DNA from: Nitrospirota bacterium
GTDB lineage: Bacteria > Nitrospirota > Nitrospiria > 2-01-FULL-66-17
Reading direction: 5' to 3'
DNA length: 64,000 bases
NCBI GenBank assembly: GCA_049325295.1
Contig: JBMOMD010000033.1
Coordinates: 11,588 to 75,587, forward strand
The notes under the pieces are model-generated. The model had not been told where the DNA came from. It saw only the letters and a program-made list of their open reading frames with translations, and searched no databases. A program made the translations under genes and the position numbers. The number at the start of each line of letters is the position of its first letter. Position 1 is the first letter of the stretch. Below, piece after piece: positions 47,801 through 57,538 of this stretch.

Positions 47801-48312
47801 CGGCTCCAGGCAACGCGGACGAGATACGCCTGTTTTTCGTGTTCGATCGTCAACTCGCCGTCGTGCGCGCGCCGAAGCGCTTCGCCGATGCGGCGGGGCA
47901 GGTGGAGGTCCGTGGTCGTGATCGTCACGCGATCGGGCTTGTCCTCGATGGCCATGACGCGGGAGAGCGGGTGGTCCGCGCGTTGGGCGGATTCTTCATT
48001 GCGCGCCAGGCCGAGCAGCTCGTCCCGATGGGCGGCCAGATACGGGCCGCTGAGGGTGATCCAGCCCGCGGGAAACTTGTCGCGGACGCGGCTGCACGCC
48101 GGGCAGGGGTGCTCGTGCGCGTCCGCCGGACGGTTCCCCCAGGTCCATCGGCCCTTGTGGAAGACCGCGGTACACTCGGGGCAGACCGTCGGCTCCTGAA
48201 GTTTCCCGCGAAGGCGGTAGGTGTCCTGACGGGAGTCCTGGGAGAGAACCACGTGAAGGCCCTTCCGAGGGGTCCTGGGTTTTGCCGCCTGCGTCCGTCC
48301 TTTGCTGGTCAT
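47797..48312 (-). CDS. Hypothetical protein with N-terminal double CxxC zinc ribbon
   Basis: 'CPECTAVFHKGRWTWGNRPADAHEHPCPAC'; start trimmed to Met27 so it does not overlap the downstream PRTase. Confidence 0.4.
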   Translation of the reverse strand: MTSKGRTQAAKPRTPRKGLHVVLSQDSRQDTYRLRGKLQEPTVCPECTAVFHKGRWTWGNRPADAHEHPCPACSRVRDKFPAGWITLSGPYLAAHRDELLGLARNEESAQRADHPLSRVMAIEDKPDRVTITTTDLHLPRRIGEALRRAHDGELTIEHEKQAYLVRVAWSR

Positions 48313-48322
48313 GGTTCCATCC

Positions 48323-48994
48323 TCACGGGTGAATATCCGCGCCACGGGTGCCGGTTTTGACCGGGGCCCGGCGCTGTTTGAGAATCTCAACCACTTCGTC
48401 GTCCGCGACCGAGGAAAACTCCCGGTAAAATTCGCCGACCGCGAACATGACCTCCGGCGTTTCCAGGCATACCACCCGATCCGCGAGGTCCTGGATGCGT
48501 TGGATCACGTCGGCCGGAGCCACGCCCATGGCCGCCACCAGCGTGGCGGGGCGGCGCGCGCGAACCTCGGCCAGCGCGGCCAGCATGGTGGCGCCGGTGG
48601 CGATCCCGTCGTCCACCACGATCACGATCCTGCCCGCCGGCTCGATCGGCGGATGCACCGGGGTATACAGCGCCCGGCGCGCGCGGATCGTCTTGGTCTG
48701 GGCCTCGACCTCGCGCGCGACATATTCCCCGCTCACGCCGAGTTCCTTGGCCGTGTGCACCAGCGAGACGTGCCCGGTTTCATCCACCGCGCCGATGGCC
48801 AGCTCGGGTTGTCCCGGAGCGCCGAGCTTGCGGACCAAGACCACGTCCACCTCGCCGCCCAGGGCGTCGGCGATGATCGCGGCCATGGGCGCCGCTCCGC
48901 GCGGGATCGCCAACACCAACGGGTTGCGGCCTCGGTACTCGCCCAATCGGTCGGCCAGCAATCGAGCCGCGTGTTCGCGATTTCGAAACGGCAT
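48323..48994 (-). CDS. Phosphoribosyltransferase (type I PRTase fold)
   Basis: PRPP-binding 'VIVVDDGIATGATMLAAL'; N-terminal 'RNREHAARLLADRL'. Confidence 0.75.
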   Translation of the reverse strand: MPFRNREHAARLLADRLGEYRGRNPLVLAIPRGAAPMAAIIADALGGEVDVVLVRKLGAPGQPELAIGAVDETGHVSLVHTAKELGVSGEYVAREVEAQTKTIRARRALYTPVHPPIEPAGRIVIVVDDGIATGATMLAALAEVRARRPATLVAAMGVAPADVIQRIQDLADRVVCLETPEVMFAVGEFYREFSSVADDEVVEILKQRRAPVKTGTRGADIHP

Positions 48995-49216
48995 ACCTCA
49001 CCTCGTGTCGCGGCATTGTAGCGTGACGCCCCGCCAATCCGCTACCCCTCGATGGGAGTAGCTTGCTAGCGCAACCGACTGAGGCGCATCATGACGCTGG
49101 AGGGATGGGCGTCGCCCATTTTCTCCGCTGCGCGTACCCGTTCGATGGATGGGATTATTACGGGCGGCTTGACACAATACCGCCCGCCGAGTGAGGAGAC
49201 CGAGGAGCATGGTGCC

Positions 49217-49675
49217 ATGACCGCGCCGTCGTTCAGCCTACTGGTGGTACCGACCGACTTTTCCGCGGGTTCGTCCGCGGCCGCGGAGTACGCGTTGTGG
49301 TTGGCGGGCAAAACCGGCGCACGGATCCTGTACCTTCACGTGATGGAGCCGACCGCGTATTCAGTGGATTTTGCGTTAACCCGGCCGGACCTGTCCGCCG
49401 AAGTCCGGGAGCGCGCGGGTGAAGCGTTGCGTCAGCTGGTGGAGGAGGCGCGCTCGCGCGGGGTGTCCGCGGAACAGGCATTGGCGGTCGGCTCGCCGTT
49501 CGCCGAGATTCAACAGACCGCGGTGGACCGCAAGGCCGACTTGATCGTGATGGGCACGCACGGACGCACCGGGTTGGCGCATGTGATGTTGGGCAGCACC
49601 GCGGAGCGCGTGGTGCGCCTCGCGACCTGTCCGGTGCTGACGGTGAAGGCGTCGCCCCCGGTCGACGGGACGTAG
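49217..49675 (+). CDS. Universal stress protein (UspA family)
   Basis: 'LLVVPTDFSAGSSAAAEYA', 'ADLIVMGTHGRTGLAHVMLGSTAERVVRLATCPVLTV'. Confidence 0.8.
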   Translation: MTAPSFSLLVVPTDFSAGSSAAAEYALWLAGKTGARILYLHVMEPTAYSVDFALTRPDLSAEVRERAGEALRQLVEEARSRGVSAEQALAVGSPFAEIQQTAVDRKADLIVMGTHGRTGLAHVMLGSTAERVVRLATCPVLTVKASPPVDGT

Positions 49676-49813
49676 TATGGCGGCGCGCCGGTGCGTAGGT
49701 TGGCCGATGCGCCCGTTAAGGGCGGTCGAACCACGCTGCCGGCCGTCATCACCGGTGAACCGGCGTACCGGAGAACCGGCCAACGCGTTGTTCTTGTGAG
49801 GAGGACATTCGTC

Positions 49814-50782
49814 ATGGCGGACGAGAGTCGGTCTCACCCGGTTCGTTGTGGGATCGTGCTGGCGGGCGGCGCGGGCCGGCGGTTGCGGTCGTTCGTGTAT
49901 CGGCTCAGGGGCGACACCCTGCCCAAACAATACGTGCGGTTCGCGGGATCGCGGTCGCTCTTGGACCAGACGCTGGATCGCGTCGAACGGATCATTCCGG
50001 CCGAGCGCGTGTGGACCGTGGCCACGGAGTCGCATCTGCAGTTTCCGGAGGCCAAGGACCAACTCGGCAACCGTCCGCCCGGCACCGTGATTCTGCAGCC
50101 CGAGAATCGCGAGACCGCTCCCGGCGTGTTGCTCCCGCTCGTCCACCTGGAGGCGCGATATCCGAACGCGGTGGTCGGCTTGTTCCCGTCGGACCATTTC
50201 ATCGATCCCGAGGGCCTGTTCATGGGATACGTGGATCTGGCGTTTCGCGCGGTCGAATCCGACCCCCACGTCGCGGTGCTCCTGGGGGCGGAGCCGGACC
50301 GGGTGGAGTCCGAGTACGGCTATATCGTCCCGTCGGCGTACGACTCGGTCCGCGCGGTGCCCGGCATTCGCCGCGTGGCGTCGTTCGTCGAGAAGCCGAC
50401 GCCCGCGCACGCCGCGGACTTGGCCGCGCGCGGCGCGGTGTGGAACACGATGGTCATGGTGTGCCGGCCGCGAACGTTGATGAAGGCGGTGGCGCGCGTG
50501 GCGCCCGCGTTGCGCCGCGCGTTCGAGCGCGTGCGCGCCGCGCTCGGAACCCGGGACGAGGCGCGCGTGGTGGAAGACGTCTATCGCGATCTGGCGCCGA
50601 TGAACTTCTCGCGGGGGGTGTTGGAGGCGATGCCGTCGCGGCGATCGCCGACATTGCTCGTGTTGCCGGTTCGCGGCGTGGACTGGAGCGATTGGGGGTC
50701 GGAACAACGCATCACCGGTTCGCTGGAACGACGGCGCGACCGGAATCCGTCGGCCCCCGACCTCCGGGTGGACGCGGTCTGA
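49814..50782 (+). CDS. Sugar-phosphate nucleotidyltransferase (mannose-1-phosphate guanylyltransferase-like)
   Basis: 'GIVLAGGAGRRLRSF' nucleotidyltransferase G-rich loop; RBS GAGGAGG before ATG 49814. Confidence 0.7.
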   Translation: MADESRSHPVRCGIVLAGGAGRRLRSFVYRLRGDTLPKQYVRFAGSRSLLDQTLDRVERIIPAERVWTVATESHLQFPEAKDQLGNRPPGTVILQPENRETAPGVLLPLVHLEARYPNAVVGLFPSDHFIDPEGLFMGYVDLAFRAVESDPHVAVLLGAEPDRVESEYGYIVPSAYDSVRAVPGIRRVASFVEKPTPAHAADLAARGAVWNTMVMVCRPRTLMKAVARVAPALRRAFERVRAALGTRDEARVVEDVYRDLAPMNFSRGVLEAMPSRRSPTLLVLPVRGVDWSDWGSEQRITGSLERRRDRNPSAPDLRVDAV

Positions 50783-50787
50783 CCCGC

Positions 50788-51804
50788 GTGACCGGGGGTG
50801 ACGCCGCGGACGCGCCGCTTCGCCTGGTGTTGGGCGGGGACGTGATGCTGGGGCGTCTGGTCAAGGAAGAAATCCTGACCCAAGGTTCCACCTATCCGCT
50901 CGGTCCGGTGGCGCGGTTCATGCGGGCCGCGGATCTTACGATCGTCAATTTAGAATGCGCGATCACGGATCGCGAGACGGCGTGGGAGGGCGCGCCCAAA
51001 ACGTTCTATTTCGGCGCGCCGTCGGCCGCGGTCGAATCGCTCGCGGACGCCGGCGTGGACCTGGTGAGCCTGGCCAACAACCACAGCCTCGACTTCGGCC
51101 GCCAAGGGTTGCTCGACACGCTGGAGGCGCTGAACGCGCGCGGCATCGCCGCGGCGGGCGCCGGACGCACGTTGGACGAGGCCTTGGAGCCGGCGGTGGT
51201 CGAGCGCGGCGGGGTGCGATTCGGGATGGCCGCGTTCTGCGATCACCAAGAAGATTTCGCCGCTCGATCCGACGCGCCGGGCATCGCGTTTCTCGATCTG
51301 GACGACGAGGGGGCGGCGCGCGCGGGGTTCCAAGCGAGCTTCGATCGCATGCGCGCTCTCGGGGTGGACTGGCCGATCCTGTCGCTGCACTGGGGGCCCA
51401 ACATGGTGTGGCGGCCGTCCCGGCGCTTTGTCCGGCTGGCGCACGCCGCGATCGACATGGGGTACGCAACGCTGTTCGGGCACAGCGCGCACGTGTTCCA
51501 CGGGGTCGAACTGTACAAGGGGCGTCCGATCTTCTACTCGGCGGGCGACCTGGTCGACGACTATGCGGTGGATCCGGAATTCGAGAACGATCACCAACTC
51601 CTGTTCGAAGTCTCGCTCAGACGACTCGCGGTGGACGAAATCGCGGCGTACCCGGTGTTCATCGAGGCGTGCCGCGTTGAGTTCGCGACCGGACCGCGGT
51701 TCGACCGGATCGCCGAACGCGCGGCGCGTCTGTCCGACGAGATGGGCACGTCATTCGCGCGGGACGGCGATCGTCGCCTGATCGCGACCGTCACGGGAGG
51801 CTGA
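50788..51804 (+). CDS. CapA family protein (PGA_cap metallophosphatase-like)
   Basis: 'LVLGGDVMLGR', 'DLTIVNLECAIT', 'DLVSLANNHSLDFG', 'GHSAHVFHGVELYKGRPIFYSAGDLV'; GTG start 6 nt after upstream stop. Confidence 0.7.
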   Translation: MTGGDAADAPLRLVLGGDVMLGRLVKEEILTQGSTYPLGPVARFMRAADLTIVNLECAITDRETAWEGAPKTFYFGAPSAAVESLADAGVDLVSLANNHSLDFGRQGLLDTLEALNARGIAAAGAGRTLDEALEPAVVERGGVRFGMAAFCDHQEDFAARSDAPGIAFLDLDDEGAARAGFQASFDRMRALGVDWPILSLHWGPNMVWRPSRRFVRLAHAAIDMGYATLFGHSAHVFHGVELYKGRPIFYSAGDLVDDYAVDPEFENDHQLLFEVSLRRLAVDEIAAYPVFIEACRVEFATGPRFDRIAERAARLSDEMGTSFARDGDRRLIATVTGG

Positions 51805-51805
51805 T

Positions 51806-52468
51806 ATGGGACGCGCGGGGACGGATAAGGGGATCACGACGGTTCTCGTCGACGGCGGGCCGGGCATTGCGCTCGAAGGGGACCTCGCCGTGCCGGAGCG
51901 CGCGCGGGGGATCGTGCTGTTCGCCCACGGAAGCGGCAGCAGCCGGCGCAGTCCGCGCAATCAGTTCGTGGCGCGCGTGCTGCGAGAGGCCGGGCTCGGC
52001 ACGCTCCTGTTCGATCTGTTGACCCCGCGCGAAGACGCGGTGTATGAGACGCGGTTCAACATCGATCTGTTGGCGCAACGCCTCGCGGCGGCGACGGAGT
52101 GGATGACGCGACAACCAATCGCCGCGTCGTTGGGCGTGGGCTACTTCGGCGCCAGCACCGGCGCGGCCGCGGCCTTGATCGCGGCGGCGGACCTCGGCCC
52201 GGCGATCGGCGCGGTGGTCTCGCGCGGCGGACGGCCCGACCTGGCTGAGGCCGCCTTGGACCGGGTCACCGCGCCCACGTTGTTGATCGTGGGCGGCTTG
52301 GACGACGTGGTAATCGACCTCAATCGCCAAGCCTACGCGGGGCTGCGGTACGAGAAACGACTCGTGATCGTGCCCGGCGCGACCCATTTATTTGAGGAGC
52401 CCGGCACGCTCGAAGAGGTGGCGCGGCTGGCGGCGGACTGGTTTCTTCAGCGGTTGAAGAACCGGTAG
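51806..52468 (+). CDS. Alpha/beta hydrolase (dienelactone-hydrolase-like)
   Basis: 'GIVLFAHGSGSSRRSPRN', nucleophile-elbow-like 'GYFGASTGAAAAL'. Confidence 0.65.
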   Translation: MGRAGTDKGITTVLVDGGPGIALEGDLAVPERARGIVLFAHGSGSSRRSPRNQFVARVLREAGLGTLLFDLLTPREDAVYETRFNIDLLAQRLAAATEWMTRQPIAASLGVGYFGASTGAAAALIAAADLGPAIGAVVSRGGRPDLAEAALDRVTAPTLLIVGGLDDVVIDLNRQAYAGLRYEKRLVIVPGATHLFEEPGTLEEVARLAADWFLQRLKNR

Positions 52469-52669
52469 GGGCACGGCATGCCGTGCCCCTACAAACGGGC
52501 GGTTCAAAAATGAACATGAGGCATCGCGTGTCGTTCGTGAGAGTACCGGACGGGAATATTGTCTCCGGGGCGCGGGTCGTGCGACTAGGGCTTGCGGCCC
52601 CTCGTGAACGAGTGTCCGCGGCCGATCGCGCGGCGCGAAATCGCCGCCAGTCGAACCGGAGGACCCGTT

Positions 52670-53038
52670 ATGAAAACACGCTACATGGTGTTGGTGGGGG
52701 TGCTGGTCGCGTCGGGCTTCTTACAATTGTCGGCTGTTCAGCCCGCATCCGCGGCCGACCGCGAGATCATCATGGAGTCCCAGGCGTTTTCCCCTCAGTT
52801 GATGACGATCAGAGTCGGCGACCGTGTGCGGTGGATGAACGTCGACAAACAGGATCATTACCTGACGTCGTCGGGTCCCGAAACGAGAACCGTGGCGACG
52901 CAGGTCGCGGATTTGGAGTTCCACCAACTGATGGCTCCGGGGAGCAATTTCTACCACTCGTTCAAGGAGCCGGGCGTGTACGCCTATTTCTGCGCGATTC
53001 ACATGGGGATGGGGGGCACGGTGGTGGTCGAACCGTAA
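52670..53038 (+). CDS. Small secreted cupredoxin (plastocyanin/amicyanin-like blue copper protein)
   Basis: Signal peptide; 'VRWMNVDKQDHYL' (N-x-D-x3-H) and 'YFCAIHMGMGGTVVV' (C-x2-H-x2-M); RBS GGAGGA before ATG 52670. Confidence 0.75.
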   Translation: MKTRYMVLVGVLVASGFLQLSAVQPASAADREIIMESQAFSPQLMTIRVGDRVRWMNVDKQDHYLTSSGPETRTVATQVADLEFHQLMAPGSNFYHSFKEPGVYAYFCAIHMGMGGTVVVEP

Positions 53039-53058
53039 CCCTGTCCTGATCGAATTTA

Positions 53059-53093
53059 AAGCCGCGGCGTCCGATGACGCCGCGGCTTTTTTT
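53059..53093. terminator. Bidirectional rho-independent terminator between convergent cupredoxin genes
   Basis: 13-bp stem 'aagccgcggcgtc/gacgccgcggctt', 4-nt loop, flanked by AAA on one side and TTTTTTT on the other. Confidence 0.7.
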
Positions 53094-53106
53094 GCGTTCG
53101 CCGTTC

Positions 53107-54111
53107 TCAATGCGACCGCGACAAGCGGTCGGCGTCCAGCCGTAATTCGTTCGCGATCTCGTCCGCCGCGCGCGTCAACGTCGACTCCGTGTCGGTCGCG
53201 TCGGTCAGGCCTTGAATGCGCTTTCGGAATTGGTCCAGGCGTCGCTCGTGGTCGGCCGCCCGCTCCGGACTGATACGCTTCGCGACGGCGTCGCGGAGCC
53301 CGGACTCTCCGTAGAGGCGCGACTGCGCGGCGGTCGCTCGGATGGTCGCGGCCGTGATCGCGCCGTTTTTCCACAGCGCCACGGCTTTGAGTAATTGCTC
53401 GCGGATTTGGTCGACAACGGCCCCCCAGTCCTGATCGATCGTGTCGGTCAGATCAACGCCGGGGGCGGCCGACGCGCGCAATTGCAGCGCGACCGTCACC
53501 GGAGCCGCGGCCACCGTCACCGTCGCGCGGGCCTGCGCCTGCTCATCGGGCGAGACCCGCGAATGCCAAGCTTCCACGTGGTACGCGCCCTCGGGAACGC
53601 CGGTGATCCGAAACGCGCCCCGCTCGTCAGTGACGGCAAAATACGGGGAGGGTGCCACGTACACGAGCCCGCGCATGGTTTCGTGGGTGCGGCAGCGCAG
53701 GGGCACCGCGCCCGGGTTCTTCACGGTGACACGGGTGATCGTATCCGGCATGTGGGCGCCGGTGTCGAAGCGGTTGGTCTTGGATCGGGAGTGGATGTTG
53801 TGAATCTCCTGGTCCAGATTTTCGAAGGCGATCGTCGTCCCCACCGGGACCACGACAAAGTCCGGGTCAAATCGCAGGTCCTTCTGGCGGATGCGTTGCT
53901 CCACGGGTGCCGCTGCGAGCGGCTGTCCGTCGGCGCGCTGGAGGTAGACCACGGCTCGCGACGCGGTATCCCCATTGATCGTGACGCGGCCGGTGACCAC
54001 GCCCTCTCCGGCGGCGAGCGCGCTGCCGGAGAGGCCCATGAGCGCGAGGCCCAACAACGCAAGGATGCGGGTGGCGAGAGGAAAGCGGGGAAGGCTCCGC
54101 GTCGTGTTCAT
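53107..54111 (-). CDS. Secreted cupredoxin-like protein (same subfamily as 28109..28738) with C-terminal helical extension
   Basis: 334-aa C-terminal part of track ORF 53107..55218; signal peptide; 'FDPDFVVVPVGTTIAFENLDQEIHNIHS', 'LRCRTHETMRGLVYV' (C-x2-H-x2-M), 'GAFRITGVPEGAYHVEAWH'. Confidence 0.6.
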   Translation of the reverse strand: MNTTRSLPRFPLATRILALLGLALMGLSGSALAAGEGVVTGRVTINGDTASRAVVYLQRADGQPLAAAPVEQRIRQKDLRFDPDFVVVPVGTTIAFENLDQEIHNIHSRSKTNRFDTGAHMPDTITRVTVKNPGAVPLRCRTHETMRGLVYVAPSPYFAVTDERGAFRITGVPEGAYHVEAWHSRVSPDEQAQARATVTVAAAPVTVALQLRASAAPGVDLTDTIDQDWGAVVDQIREQLLKAVALWKNGAITAATIRATAAQSRLYGESGLRDAVAKRISPERAADHERRLDQFRKRIQGLTDATDTESTLTRAADEIANELRLDADRLSRSH

Positions 54112-54192
54112 AAACACGGATCTTACCACGGGCCGATCGCGCTGCGATCGATAACGGCTCGGTTGAAATTTCACCGCGACCGGGGTAGTTTT

Positions 54193-55161
54193 ATGGAAGA
54201 GGTTAAACCCGGGAGCTGGCCGATGACGCGTCTCGTGCATTCCTCGCTGGTTCTCGTGGTCCTGTTCTGGACCACGTCCGTTGCCTGGTCGTATCAGATT
54301 TCGGAACCGACGAACGGCGGCAGAATCACCGGAATCGTGACGCTGCGAGGCCAAATTCCGCAGCCGCGCGCGTTTCCCATGGTGCTGTATCCGCACGGGG
54401 AGTTCTGCAAAAAGCTCTCCGATGGGAACGGCCACGTCCTGCTCAAGGAGTTCAACGTCGACTCGTCCGGGGCGCTCCAAGACGTGGTGGTGGCGGTGCA
54501 GAACGTGTCTCACGGCAAGGCGTTTCGTTCCCGGGATACGGATCTCGAAACCGTGAACTGCATGTTCCACCCCGCGGACGTGCCGGAGAGCGAACAGTTC
54601 GCCCATCGCGAGGGACACCTGGTCCACATCCATCCGCTCGTGACCGTGATGCGCGACCCGAGCCTGCTGACCGTGGCCAACCGCGACCCGATCGTGCACG
54701 CGGCGCAGGTGTATCAGGCGGAGAAGGGCAATCGGGTCCTGAGTTTTCCGATTCCGGTGTCCTACAGACCGAACAGCGGGTACGTGGACCTGGAAAAAGG
54801 TAAACGGATCGTGCAGATCATTTGCGGCATGCACGAGTACATGCAGACGTGGGCGTGGGTGGTGGACAACCCGTACTTTGCCAAGACCCACGCGGGCGGC
54901 GGGTTCGCGATCGACAAGCTGCCGCCGGGAACCTACCGCGTGCTGGCGTGGCATCCGCACATGAAGCCGATCGTCAAAGAGGTCGTGGTTCCGGCCGACG
55001 GTGCGGTGACGCTGGACTTTGAGTTCGACGCGAGCCAGGTGGTCCGGCCGATCTATGAGACGCAGGAACAGTTCCGCATCCCGCCGACCCGCGATCCCGC
55101 GGTCGACCTGAGCGGGTGCGAAGGGCCGTATTGCGTGAAACGGGAACACGACCACCACTGA
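54193..55161 (+). CDS. Secreted CarboxypepD_reg-like + cupredoxin-like protein (paralog of 62500..63465)
   Basis: Signal peptide; 'NRDPIVHAAQVY' and 'ICGMHEYMQTWAWVV' (C-x2-H-x2-M); C-terminal 'CEGPYC'. Confidence 0.6.
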   Translation: MEEVKPGSWPMTRLVHSSLVLVVLFWTTSVAWSYQISEPTNGGRITGIVTLRGQIPQPRAFPMVLYPHGEFCKKLSDGNGHVLLKEFNVDSSGALQDVVVAVQNVSHGKAFRSRDTDLETVNCMFHPADVPESEQFAHREGHLVHIHPLVTVMRDPSLLTVANRDPIVHAAQVYQAEKGNRVLSFPIPVSYRPNSGYVDLEKGKRIVQIICGMHEYMQTWAWVVDNPYFAKTHAGGGFAIDKLPPGTYRVLAWHPHMKPIVKEVVVPADGAVTLDFEFDASQVVRPIYETQEQFRIPPTRDPAVDLSGCEGPYCVKREHDHH

Positions 55162-55327
55162 TCCCCGGTTCCCGGCACGGCCGCGCGCAGCGCGGTCGTG
55201 CCGTTTCTTCCAGCGCACGCCTCATCCGAACGGGGGATGAACTTCCCCCGACAAATCCGTCTCCGTACTTACCTCGAAGCATGGATCACCCATGACTCGC
55301 GCAGTAATCTCGTTCACAGGAGGAAAC

Positions 55328-56299
55328 ATGCGACGTATCGGTGTGTTGACCAGCGGGGGCGACGCCCCCGGCATGAACGCGGCGATCCGGGCGGTGACCC
55401 GGACCGGGATCGCGGCCGGGCTTGAAGTCGTGGGCATCCGTCGCGGGTTCGCGGGACTGATCGCGGGCGATCAGATCGTGCTGACCTCGCGATCGGTGAG
55501 CGGGATCATCGACCGGGGCGGCACGATGCTGGGCAGCGCGCGCTGTCCGGAATTCACGACCGAGGACGGCCAGCGTCGGGCGTTGGACGCGATCCGGGCC
55601 GCGGCCCTGGACGCGCTGATCGTGATCGGCGGGAACGGATCCCAGGCCGGCGCGTTCACCCTCGACAAACTGGGGGTGCCGGTGGTGGGCGTGGCCTCCA
55701 CCATCGACAACGACCTCGAGGGCAGCGACATCACCATCGGCGTGGACACCGCGCTCAACGTCGCGTTGGGAGCGATCGATCGGATCAAAACCACCGCGGC
55801 ATCGCACCGGCGGGCGTTCCTGGTGGAAGTGATGGGACGCGACTGCGGGTATCTGGCGCTGATGACCGGGATCGCGGGCGGGGCCGAGGTGGTGGCGATT
55901 CCCGAGCAGGCGTGCGACCCCGAAGCCATGGCCGCGCAATTCCGCGCGGCGTACGACGGGGGCAAGGCGCACGCGATCGGGGTGATCGCCGAAGGCGCCA
56001 AGTTTCGCGCCGCGGACATCGTGGAGTATTTTCGCGCACACCATGAACGCATCGGTTTTGACCTGCGCGTGACGTGTTTGGGCCACATCCAGCGCGGGGG
56101 CGCGCCCGGGGCGTTCGATCGGTTGCTCGCCACCCGTCTCGGAGCCGGCGCGGTCGACGCGCTGTCGCGGGGAGCGCATGGGGTGTTGGTGGGACTGGTC
56201 CGCGGCGACGTGGCCGCCACGCCGCTATCGGAGGTGGTCGCGTCCTGTAAGCCGCTCGACATGCGGCTGTGGGAGCTGGCCAAGGTCCTGGCGAGGTGA
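55328..56299 (+). CDS. pfkA: ATP-dependent 6-phosphofructokinase
   Basis: 'RIGVLTSGGDAPGMNAAIRAV', 'GGNGS', 'STIDNDL', 'MGRDCG'. Confidence 0.85.
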   Translation: MRRIGVLTSGGDAPGMNAAIRAVTRTGIAAGLEVVGIRRGFAGLIAGDQIVLTSRSVSGIIDRGGTMLGSARCPEFTTEDGQRRALDAIRAAALDALIVIGGNGSQAGAFTLDKLGVPVVGVASTIDNDLEGSDITIGVDTALNVALGAIDRIKTTAASHRRAFLVEVMGRDCGYLALMTGIAGGAEVVAIPEQACDPEAMAAQFRAAYDGGKAHAIGVIAEGAKFRAADIVEYFRAHHERIGFDLRVTCLGHIQRGGAPGAFDRLLATRLGAGAVDALSRGAHGVLVGLVRGDVAATPLSEVVASCKPLDMRLWELAKVLAR

Positions 56300-56330
56300 C
56301 GAGTCGAACCGGTGAAAGGAGGACGCGGCG

Positions 56331-56537
56331 ATGAATCATAACGTCGGCAACATCGATCGGGTGGTGCGCGGGGCGGTGGGGATCGTATTGGCGGTGGGCG
56401 CGCTCAGCGCCGGGGCGCCGGTTGTCCGCGGGGTCCTGGGCGTGGCCGCGCTGATCATGGTGGGCACCGCCCTCCTGGGATTCTGCCCCCTGTACCGCGT
56501 GTTCGGATTAAACACCTGTCGGCGGGGAACCCGATAG
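56331..56537 (+). CDS. DUF2892 (YgaP-like) small membrane protein
   Basis: 'DRVVRGAVGIVLAVGAL..GFCPLYRVFGLNTC' typical DUF2892. Confidence 0.7.
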   Translation: MNHNVGNIDRVVRGAVGIVLAVGALSAGAPVVRGVLGVAALIMVGTALLGFCPLYRVFGLNTCRRGTR

Positions 56538-56947
56538 TGGAACCTTCCGCGGTGGTGACGTGGCAAGGCGGTGTTCGGTTCGCCGCGGACGTCCGCGGCC
56601 ACCGGATGGTCATTGATCAGCCCAAGGACGAGGGCGGGAGCGACGAAGGCATGACCCCATTGGAGTGTCTGGCCGTGTCATTGGGGAGTTGCGTGGCGTA
56701 CTTTGCGGCCCGGTTCGCGCAGCGGCACGGGGCGGCGCTCGAGGCGCTGCGCGTGGACGTGGCGTGGGACTACGCGGAGCGGCCGCATCGGGTCGGGCGC
56801 TTTGACGTGCGATTGACCTATCGCGGCGCGATCGACCGCACCATGTGCGAGCGCCTGCTGGCCGTGGCGCGGGGATGCACCGTGCACCATACCCTGACGC
56901 ACCCGCCGGAGATCAGCGTGACACTCCATGAAGATTCAAACGCGTAA
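56537..56947 (+). CDS. OsmC/Ohr family peroxiredoxin-like protein
   Basis: 'PLECLAVSLGSCVAYFAA' and C-terminal 'GCTVHHTL' OsmC-type Cys pair. Confidence 0.7.
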   Translation: MEPSAVVTWQGGVRFAADVRGHRMVIDQPKDEGGSDEGMTPLECLAVSLGSCVAYFAARFAQRHGAALEALRVDVAWDYAERPHRVGRFDVRLTYRGAIDRTMCERLLAVARGCTVHHTLTHPPEISVTLHEDSNA

Positions 56948-57130
56948 CCCCACAACGCGGCGCACGGCCCCGTGCGCCGGGGACGATGGATCACCCTTTC
57001 GAGGCATCATCGGCTACACGGCCCTGCGGTACGCGGAATTCATCTACCCCCATCCACCCAAAAGGCCCAGGAAAATACCTATTCTGACCAATCGACGCCA
57101 TAGGGTGCAACAGGATAGAACGGAACCAAC

Positions 57131-57538
57131 ATGGTCGGGAAAACTTTCGTGACGGCGAAACGGAGGGTTTTGGTGGTGGGCAGCGCATCGCTGTTCGGGT
57201 CGGCGATGGAGGGGCTGTTGGGCGCGGAGTGCGGCGATCGCGTGGACGTGGAGTCGGTCGCGACAGTGGACGCGGCGATCGAAGCCGCACCGAAGTTCCG
57301 ACCGGACGTGATCGTGTTCTGTTTGGAGCGCGACGATGCCCGCGATCAGAGTGCACTCCATCGACTGAGCCTGCTGGACGCGTATCCGGCCCGGATCGTT
57401 CGCTGCACCCTGGAGCACAACCACCTGACCGTGTATGACACGAGACGGATCACCGATGCCACGCCGGAGGACCTCATCGAGGCGGTGTGTCAGGTCGGTG
57501 AGAATCCGCTCGACTACGAGAAAGGGGGAGGCGAATGA
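57131..57538 (+). CDS. Hypothetical pseudo-receiver-like protein; stop codon overlaps start of the giant oxidase (ATGA)
   Basis: Flavodoxin/REC-like alternation ('RVLVVGSASLFGSAMEGLL', 'PDVIVFCLERDD') without an obvious phospho-Asp; stop overlaps downstream ATG. Confidence 0.4.
   Translation: MVGKTFVTAKRRVLVVGSASLFGSAMEGLLGAECGDRVDVESVATVDAAIEAAPKFRPDVIVFCLERDDARDQSALHRLSLLDAYPARIVRCTLEHNHLTVYDTRRITDATPEDLIEAVCQVGENPLDYEKGGGE

Noticed and set aside
49376-50707. 443-aa minus-strand ORF, and the N-terminal 314 codons of track ORF 49846..51804
   Set aside because: Both overlap the nucleotidyltransferase gene in other frames or strands. The CapA homology only begins at ~50788, where a GTG start follows the upstream stop.
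53395-54192. N-terminal 266 codons of track ORF 53395..55161, and the upstream 369 codons of 53107..55218
   Set aside because: Each is the antisense read-through of the other's real gene. The genuine proteins start at signal peptides (54193/54223 plus; 54111 minus).
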